The notes under the pieces are model-generated. The model worked only from the letters and a program-made list of their open reading frames with translations. It was not told where the DNA came from and made no database searches. From Acidobacteriaceae bacterium (GTDB lineage: Bacteria > Acidobacteriota > Terriglobia > Terriglobales > Acidobacteriaceae): DNA of 64,000 nt. The stretch lies in contig PMPH01000019.1 in assembly GCA_003161045.1 (NCBI GenBank), positions 1,925-65,924 on the forward strand. The letters run 5' to 3'. Both the position numbers and the translations under genes were made by a program. Every line of letters starts with the position of its first letter. The first letter of the stretch is position 1. This document shows, in pieces, positions 48,570 to 58,443 of the stretch.

Positions 48570-49700
48570 CTAGACCACCGCTTCCCGAAGCTCACGGGCT
48601 TCCGATTGCGTCCGGCTGGCGAGCCGGAGGATTTCAGGGGCAATCGCGTTCAGAGGCAGCACCTTATGCGCCAATCCCGCGTTGGCGACGGCGCCCGGCA
48701 TTCCCCAAACCGTGCTGGTCGCCTGGTCCTGGGCCAGAACGCTGCCGCCTTGTTCACGAATCGCGCGGCAGCCCAGCATTCCATCCGAGCCCATGCCGGT
48801 CAGCACCACGGCCAGCACGCCCGCTCCGTAGACCGCGGCCACCGAGCGGAAAAGCACATCGACGGCGGGGCGGCAGTGGTTTTCCGGCGCGCCCTGATGC
48901 AGGCGCAGCGTGGGCGGCGAGCCCGCACGCGAGGCCGCGACTACCTCCATGTGCCAGTTCCCCTTGGCGATATAAACGGTTCCAACGCGCACCGGTTCGC
49001 CCTCGACGGCCTCCCGCACCTGCAATGGACAGCGGCCGTTGAGCCGCTCGGCCAAGAGCCTGGTAAACAATTCCGGCATGTGCTGCACGATCAGGACCGG
49101 AAGCGGAAAGCTGACCGGCAGCGCGGGGAGCAGAATGTCCAGGGCCGCTGGACCGCCGGTCGAAACGCCGATGGCCAGCACCACCGGGACCGACGAAATC
49201 GGCTGGGCCTTGGGCAACGGCGCCAGGGGAAAAACCAGCGGCGTGCGCGGTGTGCCCGGGAAGGCTGCCTGTGGCGGCGGGAGCTGCACGGTGAGGGCCT
49301 TGATCTTGGGAATCAGTTCCCGCGCAAGCGCGCGCATGGCCGCCTCGCGGCCGGCTTGCCCGGCCGGCTTGGCCACATAGTCGGAGGCGCCGCCGGCCAA
49401 GGCCTCGATGGTCACTTTGGCGCCGCGCTGGGTCAGCGAACTGCACATGATGACCGGCATTTTGTGGCCCCGCGCGCGCAGCTTTCTGAGGGTGACCAAT
49501 CCGTCCATCACGGGCATCTCCACATCCAGCAGCACCAGATCGGGGCGAATCGTTTCGATGGCGCTCAGGGCCGACTCGCCGTTGGCCGCGGTGCCGGCCA
49601 CTTCCAGGCCAGCGCCGGTGCACACCACCGAGCGCAGCAGACTCCGCATCACCGCCGAGTCGTCCGCAATCAAAATTCGGGTCTTGCGGCCAGAGGCCAT
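48570..49700 (-). CDS. cheB: Chemotaxis methylesterase
   Basis: Receiver domain plus IGVSTGGP, VQHMP, RPAVDVLF, LTGMGSDG, VWGMP. Confidence 0.97.
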   Translation of the reverse strand: MASGRKTRILIADDSAVMRSLLRSVVCTGAGLEVAGTAANGESALSAIETIRPDLVLLDVEMPVMDGLVTLRKLRARGHKMPVIMCSSLTQRGAKVTIEALAGGASDYVAKPAGQAGREAAMRALARELIPKIKALTVQLPPPQAAFPGTPRTPLVFPLAPLPKAQPISSVPVVLAIGVSTGGPAALDILLPALPVSFPLPVLIVQHMPELFTRLLAERLNGRCPLQVREAVEGEPVRVGTVYIAKGNWHMEVVAASRAGSPPTLRLHQGAPENHCRPAVDVLFRSVAAVYGAGVLAVVLTGMGSDGMLGCRAIREQGGSVLAQDQATSTVWGMPGAVANAGLAHKVLPLNAIAPEILRLASRTQSEARELREAVV

Positions 49701-49703
49701 CGC

Positions 49704-50072
49704 TCAGGCCTCCATCAAACCGAGCATGGCCAGCTTTTCCGTCAGCGCCTCGTCGTCGAAGGGCTTCATCAGGTACTCGTCGGCGCCGGCATCGAGGGCG
49801 CGGAGAATGAAGTCGTTTTCCGCCTCGGTGGTCACCATCATGACCTTGACGTTGGCTAATCCCTGCGCGCGCAACTGTTGCAGCATCTCCAGCCCGTTCA
49901 TCACCGGCATATTCCAGTCCACCAGCGCCAGATCGAAGGGAAGGCCAGCATTTAACTGCTCCATGCCGGCCTTGCCGTCAGCCGCTTCCTCGCACTCGAT
50001 TCCCTTCTCTTCGAGCAGGCCGCGCAGAAAGCCCCGCACGAAACGGGAATCATCGACAATTAAAGCACGCAT
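49704..50072 (-). CDS. cheY: Chemotaxis response regulator
   Basis: LIVDDS, DWNMPVMNG, MVTTE, YLMKPF. Confidence 0.92.
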   Translation of the reverse strand: MRALIVDDSRFVRGFLRGLLEEKGIECEEAADGKAGMEQLNAGLPFDLALVDWNMPVMNGLEMLQQLRAQGLANVKVMMVTTEAENDFILRALDAGADEYLMKPFDDEALTEKLAMLGLMEA

Positions 50073-50106
50073 GATCACCTCCAGACAGCAGTGGTATAGA
50101 GCTTGT

Positions 50107-50586
50107 TCAAGCTTGGGCCGCCCCCAGGCGCATGGGGTCCAGTTGCTCCGGGTTCAGCATCACGAGCAGACTGTCCTTGAGCTTGTACGCGCCGGCAAAC
50201 AAGGCCCTCCGGCGCCCATCCAGAATTGAAGGATTGGGCTCGTGATCGGCCGACGAGACGGTCAGCACCTCGCCAACCGAGTCCACCAGCAGGCCAAAGC
50301 AGCCGCCGGAACTCTCCAGAACCAGGATGTCCTGCGGACCGTCCTTGGGCGGCATGTCCAGCAACTGGCGCAGGCTTACGGTGGTCAGCACATCGCCGCG
50401 GTAGTGAACCAGCCCACCGACAAAGACCGGAGCCAGCGGAACCGGCTGCGGCCGCGCCGAGCCCACAATCTCCAGAATGTGGGTAATGGGCACACCGAAC
50501 AGCGCCGACCCCAGGCGGACCGAACACATCTCCACCAGCGCCGCCGTTTTTTCCTTGCGACTGACTGCCATTGCCGCAGTACTCAT
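50107..50586 (-). CDS. cheW: CheW adaptor
   Basis: VPLAP.FVGGL..YRG, GLLVDSVGEV. Confidence 0.92.
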   Translation of the reverse strand: MSTAAMAVSRKEKTAALVEMCSVRLGSALFGVPITHILEIVGSARPQPVPLAPVFVGGLVHYRGDVLTTVSLRQLLDMPPKDGPQDILVLESSGGCFGLLVDSVGEVLTVSSADHEPNPSILDGRRRALFAGAYKLKDSLLVMLNPEQLDPMRLGAAQA

Positions 50587-52978
50587 GCCACTGTCTCCTC
50601 TGTCTGGCTCCACTCGGGCGGAGCCTGTTCCCCGGCGGGCAGCGGAGCCACGCCGCCTAGGTCAACCACGCCTGTCACGCGGCTCTTGAGCAGCGTAACG
50701 CCGCCTGTGCGCTGACTGGTTCCGGCCTCGAAGAGGTCGCCTCCGGCGGCCACGTCCAGAACATGAGAAACCGCAACGCCCACGTGACGATTGCCCTCGC
50801 GGCAGACCACGACGATGATCTGCGCCTCGGGATTGCCCTGGGCCGCATCCAGCACGCCGCCCGAGTCCTCGACCGGCAGCAGTTGCCCCTCGAAGTTGAG
50901 CACCGGGCGGTAGCCGATGTACTCGATGCGCGAGAGCGGAAGCTGCTCGATGCGCAGTACGTCGCCCAAGGGCACCGCGGCCTGGCGCCCCGCGGCCTCC
51001 ACCAGCAGGTACTCGAGGTTTTTGGCGGCATTGGCGCCGGTTTCGCCTTCCACCGCGTGCGCCGCTTCTTCTTCTTCGCGCATGGTCACGCCGGCCTTCA
51101 TGGCGATCGAGCCGGGGTCGAGAATCAACGCCAGGTCGGCGTTGCCCAGCACGGTTGCGCCGGAGAAGAGGCCGATGTCCTTGAGCACCGCGGAGAGCGG
51201 CTTGACGACGATCTCCTCGGGATCGGCCAGCCCGTCGACCACCAGGCCGAAACGGCGGCCGTCGGCGTCCAGAACGGCGATGAAGTTGTCCCTCTCGGTG
51301 ACGATCTTGTGCTCGGCGCCGGGCATCAGCAGCCGGTCCAGAAAGACCAGCGGCAGCAGCTTGCCGCGCAGCCGGTAAAGGGGCGCGCCTTCAATCCACT
51401 CGATGGCCGCCGCGGCCTGCTCGGGCGGAATATGCACCAGCTCCGAGAGCGCCCCCTGGGGCAGCGCAAAGCTCTGGTTGACGCTGCGCACGATCAGCGC
51501 CGGGATGATGGCCAGCGTGAGCGGAATGCGCATGCGCAGCGTGGTGCCCTTGCCGGTGCGGGAGTCGATCTCGACCTTGCCGCCGATCTTCTCCACGTTG
51601 GTCCGGACCACGTCCATACCCACCCCGCGGCCGCTGACATTGGTCACCGCCGCGGCCGTCGAGAGACCAGGCAGGAAGACCAGTTGCAGCAATTCGCGCT
51701 CCACCAGATGAGCGGCGCGGTCCGGGGTAATGAGACCACGCTCGATCGCCTTCTGGCGCACCCTTTCAACATTGACCCCGGCTCCATCGTCGGAGACCTC
51801 GATGACCACGTGGCTGCCCTCCTGGGCGGCCCGCAGCTTGAGGGTTCCTTCCGGGTCCTTGCCCGCGGTCTGGCGCACCTCGGGCGGCTCGATGCCATGA
51901 TCGAGCGAGTTTCTTACCGCGTGCGTCAGCGGGTCCTTGATGGCCTCGAGCAAACTCTTGTCCAGCTCCGTGTCCTGGCCCTCGACCTGCAGGCGGACGC
52001 GGCGGCCCAGCGATTGCGACAGGTCGCGCACAATGCGCGGCATCTTCGAGAAGATATTCGAGACCGGCTGCATCCGGGCCTTCATCACGCTCTCGCGCAG
52101 ATCGGCCGTCACCATGTCCAGACGGCGCGAGAGCATGGTCATATTCGGATCGGCCGAGGTGGCCTGCAAGACCTGGTTGCGGGTCAGCACCAGCTCGCCC
52201 ACCAGGTTCATCATCCGGTTCAGCAGGGTCACGTCGACGCGCAGCGTGCTCTCGGCGGCGGTTCCCTGGATGCGCGGCCGGGCAGCGTCGCTCTCGGCCT
52301 CCGCGGAAACCTTGGAAGCTGGCGCTGCGGCAGGAAGCGGCTCGGGCGGCTGCACGGTGGCCGAAACAACGGCGGCCGGAACAGCAGCGGCCGGGGGCGG
52401 CGTCGCCAAGGCGGCGGGCTGGTCGGGCTCGGGCTCTGCTTGCTCGGGCTCGATCTCTGCTTGCCCTGGCTGGATCTCATCCTGAGGCGGGGGTGCGGGC
52501 GGCGCGGGTGCAGGAGGAGGAACGGAAGCGGGTGCGCTGGAGGCGGATGACGCGCCAGCCCGGGCATGGACCGGCTTCTTGCTCTGCGCCTGCGCCGGAG
52601 CCTGCAACTCTATCAGGCGGCCAATCAGAACGGCGTCCTCGCCTTCGCCCTCGGCATCTTCCGCCTCGATCGTCTTGAGGATGGAGCGCAGGCCATCGAG
52701 CAGTTGCAGCAGGCCGGTGATGATCTCACGGTCGGCGCTCAACTTGCCCTCGCGCAGCAGACCCAACAGGTTTTCTCCGGCATGAGCCAGCTTTTCCAGC
52801 CGTTTGAAGCCCAAAATCCGGTTGTCCCCTTGATTGTGTGCACTGAACGGAAGATCTCCGCCAGCAGCTCCGTATCCTCGGGCCGCTCTTCCAGGTCGGT
52901 CAGACAGCGCTCCATGCGGTCCAACCCCTCCTGGCTCTCGATCAGGAATTCCCTCGTCAATTCATCCATTGCGTCCAC
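50583..52978 (-). pseudogene. cheA: CheA histidine kinase with a 1-bp frameshift at 52813-52816
   Basis: Hpt FRSVHTIKGTTGF in one frame continues as LGFKRLEKLAHAGENLL in another; LMNLVGEL-type motif, RNSLDHGIE, SGRGVGMDVV, two CheW-like domains. Confidence 0.9.
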
Positions 52979-53030
52979 TCATCCGCCCGGCCGGAATGAC
53001 CTTCCCCGGCACAGCGAGCACTCAAGCCCT

Positions 53031-53057
53031 TTATCGGAAAGATGAGGCTCAACTTGA
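53031..53057 (-). promoter_or_regulatory. sigma28 (FliA) promoter of the che operon
   Basis: Minus strand TCAA-N15-TCCGATAA versus consensus TAAA-N15-GCCGATAA. Confidence 0.75.
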
Positions 53058-53265
53058 GGGGCAGAGTTTTGCAGGACGATCAGAAAAGAGCGATCGGGCG
53101 TGGAGGGAATAGGAAAAGGGATTAGGGATTAGGGAATAGAAAACAGCCGGTGGAGAGCCCCGGGCCGCGATTCTGAAAACTGGTTGCAGTGACTTGCTCC
53201 CCGTTGTATAGTCCGCGCGGATGCGATAGCCTCAACTCGAACGCTCGAAGCAGATCGGAGGATTC

Positions 53266-53748
53266 ATGAACGATCCATCCGCAACCGAACCGGGTAAAGC
53301 TAAGACCGAAGCCGGTAAAACCGCGACCGAAGCCGGCCGAGCCGCCACGGAGCCGGAGCTCTTGCGCCTGCTCGAAATGGCGCACGAGGCCGCCCAGCGC
53401 GCCTACGCTCCCTACTCCGGCTTCCGGGTGGGAGCGGCGCTGCGGCTAACCAACGGCGCCATCGTCACCGGCGTCAACGTGGAAAATGTGAGCTACGGAC
53501 TGACGATCTGCGCCGAGCGCTCCGCCCTGGTCAGGGCCGTCTCCCAATTCGGGCCGGAGATTCGCGTGGAAGCGGTCGCCGTCGCCAACCTGAACGCCGC
53601 CCCCAGCCCGCCCTGCGGCGCCTGCCGCCAGGTGCTCGCCGAGTTCACCCTGCCCGAGGCAATGGTGATCTTCCCCGCCGCCGACGGCCCCCGCGCCATG
53701 CCCTTCCGCGAACTGCTGCCCTTGGCCTTCGAGATGAGGGCGAAATGA
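53266..53748 (+). CDS. cdd: Cytidine deaminase
   Basis: AYAPYSGFRVGAA, NVENVSYGLTICAER, PCGACRQ. Confidence 0.96.
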   Translation: MNDPSATEPGKAKTEAGKTATEAGRAATEPELLRLLEMAHEAAQRAYAPYSGFRVGAALRLTNGAIVTGVNVENVSYGLTICAERSALVRAVSQFGPEIRVEAVAVANLNAAPSPPCGACRQVLAEFTLPEAMVIFPAADGPRAMPFRELLPLAFEMRAK

Positions 53749-53850
53749 GGCGCAGAGAACGAAGGCTCTCCCCAAACGGGAAACCCTATACGGGAAATCG
53801 ATCAGGAAACTTAGGAAGGCTGGAAAATCCAGGATGTGAGATAATGCCGC

Positions 53851-54267
53851 ATGGCGAGTCCTCTACATGTCGAGAGGAAGGGCTTTCTTCCGAACGTCAC
53901 TCAGCCGGCCAATCCTGAGTTGAAGGAAGCCGACTTTGAAGTAATGGGCACCAACGCCAAGAAGGATGCTAGCCAGTTCACGAATCCTCGTACGGCCACG
54001 CTGGACCAGGTCAATCCCAAGGCGGCAGGTGGATTGAGTAAAAAAGGACGCTTGATCGGACCGGCTCGCGAGATGATGCGCTACCGGGCTCTCATAGATC
54101 GCACGGTCGATGTTTTCGGCGACGAGATCAAGGCTTCCCGCTGGCTGTCTCTTCCGAACCGGGATCTCGACGGCCAGACTCCCCTTCAGGTTGCCCAGAA
54201 GAACGGCTATGATCTCCAGGCTATCGAGCCTATCCTCATCCGCATCGAACACGGAGTCTATTATTGA
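53851..54267 (+). CDS. Xre/MbcA/ParS-like antitoxin
   Basis: VFGD..KA.RWL..PN..LDGQTPL..L.RIEHGV. Confidence 0.85.
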   Translation: MASPLHVERKGFLPNVTQPANPELKEADFEVMGTNAKKDASQFTNPRTATLDQVNPKAAGGLSKKGRLIGPAREMMRYRALIDRTVDVFGDEIKASRWLSLPNRDLDGQTPLQVAQKNGYDLQAIEPILIRIEHGVYY

Positions 54268-54821
54268 CTCCTGAAGACCAATCGCTCGACCCGGAATTCT
54301 TTCTAGCCCACCAGCCGTTTACGCTCTACCGGCTCGCCAGAGCAAAATACGCCAACCTGTCCGGCATTGGCGCGGCACTTGCTCCTGGCCGCTGGAATAG
54401 CTCTGGACAGGAGGCCATCTACACCTCAACAGAGGTCGGCGTTCCTGTTCTGGAGATGCTGGCGCACACTCCGAAAGATTTGATTCCCTCTAACCTGGCT
54501 CTGATGAAGATACGGGTCTCAGGACAGTGGACAGCACACAAGAATGCCCTGTTCGACGCGAAGACGAGCGGTAGCCTATGGATCTATCGGTCTATTGCCG
54601 AAACAAGGGATGATTTCCAAAAAAGTCAGCATTGGTTTCCAGGTGGTGACAACCCTTTCGCCGTCGCCGTCCCCTCGGTGATCGTTCCGGTGTGGAATGT
54701 CGTCCTTTATCCAAAAGGGATTGGCTTCTGGGATCATGTCTCGCTGGAAAGCATCGAGCCATTTCAGTTCGATCCTCGACTGTTTCCGGAAAATACACCT
54801 GTCGAAACCGCACAGCAGTAA
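54264..54821 (+). CDS. RES domain toxin (NAD+ phosphorylase family)
   Basis: YRL, SGIGA...GRWN..G..AIYTS, LE.LAH, VPS, FDPRL. Confidence 0.88.
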   Translation: MTPEDQSLDPEFFLAHQPFTLYRLARAKYANLSGIGAALAPGRWNSSGQEAIYTSTEVGVPVLEMLAHTPKDLIPSNLALMKIRVSGQWTAHKNALFDAKTSGSLWIYRSIAETRDDFQKSQHWFPGGDNPFAVAVPSVIVPVWNVVLYPKGIGFWDHVSLESIEPFQFDPRLFPENTPVETAQQ

Positions 54822-54910
54822 TCCTTCAGCTAGAAACTGCCAAACTGGGAGCGGCTCCAAACCGGAAGCGGCTCGCGCCGCTCCCGGTCTGACTGGTTTT
54901 CAGGCGGCTT

Positions 54911-56080
54911 TTACGCCGCTGCCATTTTTACGATGTCCGCCGAGCGAACCCGAAAGTGCTTCATGTGGATCGACAGGGTACGCTCGATCTTGCGCAGGTC
55001 GTTGCGCTCGGACGGTCCGGCAAAGGTCGAGGCCACGCCGTGCGCCGAGGCGCGGCCGGTACGGCCCACGCGATGGACAAAGTCCTCGGCCATCTTGGGC
55101 ATGTCGAAGTTGACCACATGCGCCACGTTGGCCACGTCAATGCCGCGAGCGGCGATGTCGGTGGCCACCAAGACGCGGTGGCGGCCCTCGGAAAAGCTGC
55201 GCAGGGCCTGGTTGCGCTGGGCCTGCGAGCGGTCGCCGTGAATCTGCGTCGCCGAGTGCCCCGAGCGAACCAGCCGGCGCGCCACGCGGTCAGCGCCGTG
55301 CTTGGTGCGCACGAAGACCAGAAAACTTCCCGTCTCCGCGCCTAGCAGGTGCTCGAGCAGCTCCTGCTTTTTGTCCGGCTCGACTTCGAAGGTGCGCAGC
55401 TCGACGTTCTCGGCCGGCTTCAACACCGAGCCAATCTCGATGCGGGCGGGGTTATTCAAGTACTTGCGCGCCACTTCCTTCACCGGTCCTTCGAGGGTGG
55501 CCGAGTAGCAGAGGGTCTGGCGCGTGGTCGGCAGCGTGGCCGCAATGCGGGCGATGGCCGGTTGGAAGCCCATGTCGAGCATCCGGTCCACCTCGTCCAG
55601 CACAAGAATCTTGATTCCGTCCAGCCGGACGAGCTTGCGCTTGAGAAAGTCCTCGAGACGGCCGGGCGTAGCGACAATCAGGCGCGCGCCGCGGCGAATG
55701 GCCTCCAGTTGCGAACGCTCGGCCAGGCCGCCGACCACCAGGGCCACGATCTGCGAGGAGTTGGCGCGAATGGAGATAAAGGCTTTCTCTACCTGCATGG
55801 CCAGCTCGCGCGTCGGAAGCAGGATGAGAGCATGAGCGCCCCTGCCCTCGGTCTTTTGCATCATCTCGACGATCGGGATGAGGTAGCCCAGCGTCTTGCC
55901 GGTACCGGTCTGGGCGGTGGCCAGCACATCGCGGCCTTCGAGAGCCGGGGGAATGCAGCCGGCCTGCACCGGCGTGGGGGTTTCAAATTTATTAGCTGCC
56001 AGGCGCGCCAAAAGGGCGGCCGAAAGAGAAAACTGCGAAAACTGTGTTGCCGAAATAGAATCGTTTGCTAATGTCGTCAA
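54911..56080 (-). CDS. DEAD-box RNA helicase (RhlE-like)
   Basis: PTPVQ, AQTGTGKT, PTRELA, TPGRL, DEVDRMLDMGF, SAT, HRVGRTGR. Confidence 0.95.
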   Translation of the reverse strand: MTTLANDSISATQFSQFSLSAALLARLAANKFETPTPVQAGCIPPALEGRDVLATAQTGTGKTLGYLIPIVEMMQKTEGRGAHALILLPTRELAMQVEKAFISIRANSSQIVALVVGGLAERSQLEAIRRGARLIVATPGRLEDFLKRKLVRLDGIKILVLDEVDRMLDMGFQPAIARIAATLPTTRQTLCYSATLEGPVKEVARKYLNNPARIEIGSVLKPAENVELRTFEVEPDKKQELLEHLLGAETGSFLVFVRTKHGADRVARRLVRSGHSATQIHGDRSQAQRNQALRSFSEGRHRVLVATDIAARGIDVANVAHVVNFDMPKMAEDFVHRVGRTGRASAHGVASTFAGPSERNDLRKIERTLSIHMKHFRVRSADIVKMAAA

Positions 56081-56741
56081 AATTAAGTCATTTCCTATGG
56101 GTCCCGGAGCCGCCAGAACTGCTCGCAGCCTGCAATCGGAACCGGACGGGGAGGCGCGCGCACGAAGATTGCTCTGCGCGGACCTGCTTGCTCGATTGGC
56201 GTAAGGGAGAACCGAAAGTCAAATCCAAGACTGGCCCAGCATTCAAGGGGAGAACGCCGAAGGCCCGGAGCTGCCGCACGCTACTTCATCGCCAGACGGC
56301 ACAACGCCGGCCAGCACCACACTCCCTAGCACTCAAAATTGAATGCGTTCCCCGGCTCATGCGCGTCTGTTCCCGTTTGGGAATGCTGAGGCGGCTGGCC
56401 CTGGACCAACTTATGGTCTTCAGGCTGAGTTACCGGGTGGGAGACTCAAGTGGTTACGCTGTAGGGGCTTGGGGGAAATCTGTGCCAGGCAAAGTTGCCT
56501 TTATGGGGCAATCCGCCGCTCACGGCCAAATCACTGAGCGCAAATACAGTGTAGCACGGTTGGGCTTTTAGGCTCTCGGCAGCCGTATAGAGCACTGATT
56601 TCGGTGCAGCTTGAGTAGCAAGGCGGCTTGCCCGGCGATGAGACTCAGCTCATCTGACCGGCAGGAATCTCGATCCTTCCCGGCCATCGGCTTGCCTCCT
56701 GGAGGCCAGCCAACACGTAAAATGAGCTTCAGGGAGAACGA

Positions 56742-58436
56742 ATGCCGCAAACGCGCCCCAAAACGCCACAAAAAATGACCGGCCCCACCGGAAAGGCCGG
56801 CATTAATCCTGCCACGAAAGCGGAAGCGGCAACCGAAGCTAACGAAACCCTCGATCCCACGGACTGGACGGGCTTTCGCGCCCAGGCGCACCTCATGCTG
56901 GACGACATGCTCGGCTACATTGAGAAGATTCGCGAGCGTCCCGTCTGGCAGCCCATTCCCGAGGAGGTGCGGGCGCGCTTTCGCACTCCCGTGCCGCGGC
57001 AGGGCGAGGAGCTGGCCCAGGTTCACGCCGAGTTCATGCGCGAGATTCTGCCCTTTGCGCAGGGCAATGTTCATCCCGGCTTCATGGGCTGGGTCAACGG
57101 CGCGGGCACGCCGGTGGGCATGGTGGCCGAGATGCTCGCCGCCGGGCTGAACGCCAACCTCGGAGGCCGCGATCATATTCCGGTCGAGGTCGAGCGGCAG
57201 GTCGTCAGGTGGGTGCGCGAGCTCTTTGAATTTCCCGAGGGCGCGAGCGGATTGTTCGTCACCGGAACCTCGATGGCCAATCTGATCGCCGTGCTGATTG
57301 CCCGCGACGCCGCGCTGGGCGTCGAGGTGCGCGCGCGGGGAGTGGCCGCCGACGCCAGGCGGCTCGCCGCCTACACCTCGAACGCAGTTCATGGCTGCGT
57401 GCCCAAGGCTGTGGACATTGCCGGCATTGGCAGCGACGCGCTGCGGCTGATCCCCACCGATGACCGCTGCCGGATCGACCTGGAGGCGCTCGAAAAAGCC
57501 ATTCGAGAAGATCGCGCCGCGGGCTTTACGCCTTTTCTGGTGGTGGGAACGGCCGGGACGGTGAATACCGGAGCGATTGACGATCTGGCGGGGATTGCCG
57601 GGGTTTGCCAGCGGGAAAAGCTCTGGTTTCATGTGGATGGCGCCTTTGGCGCGCTGGCCAAGCTGGCTCCCGACCTGGCTCCGAAACTAAACGGAATTGA
57701 ATGCGCCGATTCCGTGGCCTTCGACTTTCACAAATGGGGGCAGGTCCCCTACGACGCCGGTTTCATTCTGGTGCGGGATGCGGTGGCGCACCGGAAGGCC
57801 TTCGTCTCCCCGGCGGCTTACCTCAAACGGGCCTCGCGGGGCCTCGCTGCCGGCTCACCCTGGCCCTGCGACTTCGGGCCGGATCTCTCGCGCGGCTTTC
57901 GCGCCTTGAAGGTCTGGTTCACACTGAAGGCGCTGGGCACGGAGCGGCTGGGAGCGGCCATCTCCCGCAGTTGCGCGCTGGCACGCTACCTGGAAGGCCG
58001 CATCAGGGAGACGCCGGAGCTGGAGTTGATGGCCCCGGTGGAGCTGAATATCGTCTGCTTCCGCTATCGCACTGAAGACCCGGCGGCCCAAAACTCCAGC
58101 CCGGAAGGCCTAAGCCCTGAAAACTCCAGCCCGGAAAGCTCCAACCAGGTCAACGAAGAGATTGTCGTCCGGCTGCAGGAGGCGGGCGTTGTGGCTCCAT
58201 CGACGACGATGATCGCGGGCTGCATCGCCATTCGCGCGGCCATCGTGAACCACCGCACCAGCCGCGCGGAGATCGACGCCCTGGTGGACGGCACGCTGGC
58301 GCAAGGGCGCGCTCTTCTGGGGCGTGTTCCACCGGCGCAGGCCGGGAGGCTGCCGGAAAACCGGTTACCGGCCGCCTCCAACTCTTCGAGCAAAAGCTGC
58401 CCGGAGCAGGGGCCGCACACATTTCAGTCAGAGTAG
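56742..58436 (+). CDS. Group II PLP-dependent decarboxylase
   Basis: HPGFMGWV, GTAGTVNTGAIDD, WFHVDGAFG, DFHKW, SRGFRALK.W. Confidence 0.92.
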   Translation: MPQTRPKTPQKMTGPTGKAGINPATKAEAATEANETLDPTDWTGFRAQAHLMLDDMLGYIEKIRERPVWQPIPEEVRARFRTPVPRQGEELAQVHAEFMREILPFAQGNVHPGFMGWVNGAGTPVGMVAEMLAAGLNANLGGRDHIPVEVERQVVRWVRELFEFPEGASGLFVTGTSMANLIAVLIARDAALGVEVRARGVAADARRLAAYTSNAVHGCVPKAVDIAGIGSDALRLIPTDDRCRIDLEALEKAIREDRAAGFTPFLVVGTAGTVNTGAIDDLAGIAGVCQREKLWFHVDGAFGALAKLAPDLAPKLNGIECADSVAFDFHKWGQVPYDAGFILVRDAVAHRKAFVSPAAYLKRASRGLAAGSPWPCDFGPDLSRGFRALKVWFTLKALGTERLGAAISRSCALARYLEGRIRETPELELMAPVELNIVCFRYRTEDPAAQNSSPEGLSPENSSPESSNQVNEEIVVRLQEAGVVAPSTTMIAGCIAIRAAIVNHRTSRAEIDALVDGTLAQGRALLGRVPPAQAGRLPENRLPAASNSSSKSCPEQGPHTFQSE

Positions 58437-58443
58437 GAAGCCC

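Noticed and set aside
52813-52820. Programmed ribosomal frameshift in cheA
   Set aside because: No X-XXY-YYZ slippery heptamer, and the T run is too short for transcriptional slippage
53105-53141. Heptamer-like tandem repeats (AGGGATT/AGGGAAT; similar tracts near 1945 and 36230)
   Set aside because: Only 2-5 degenerate copies with no associated gene; treated as low-complexity intergenic sequence
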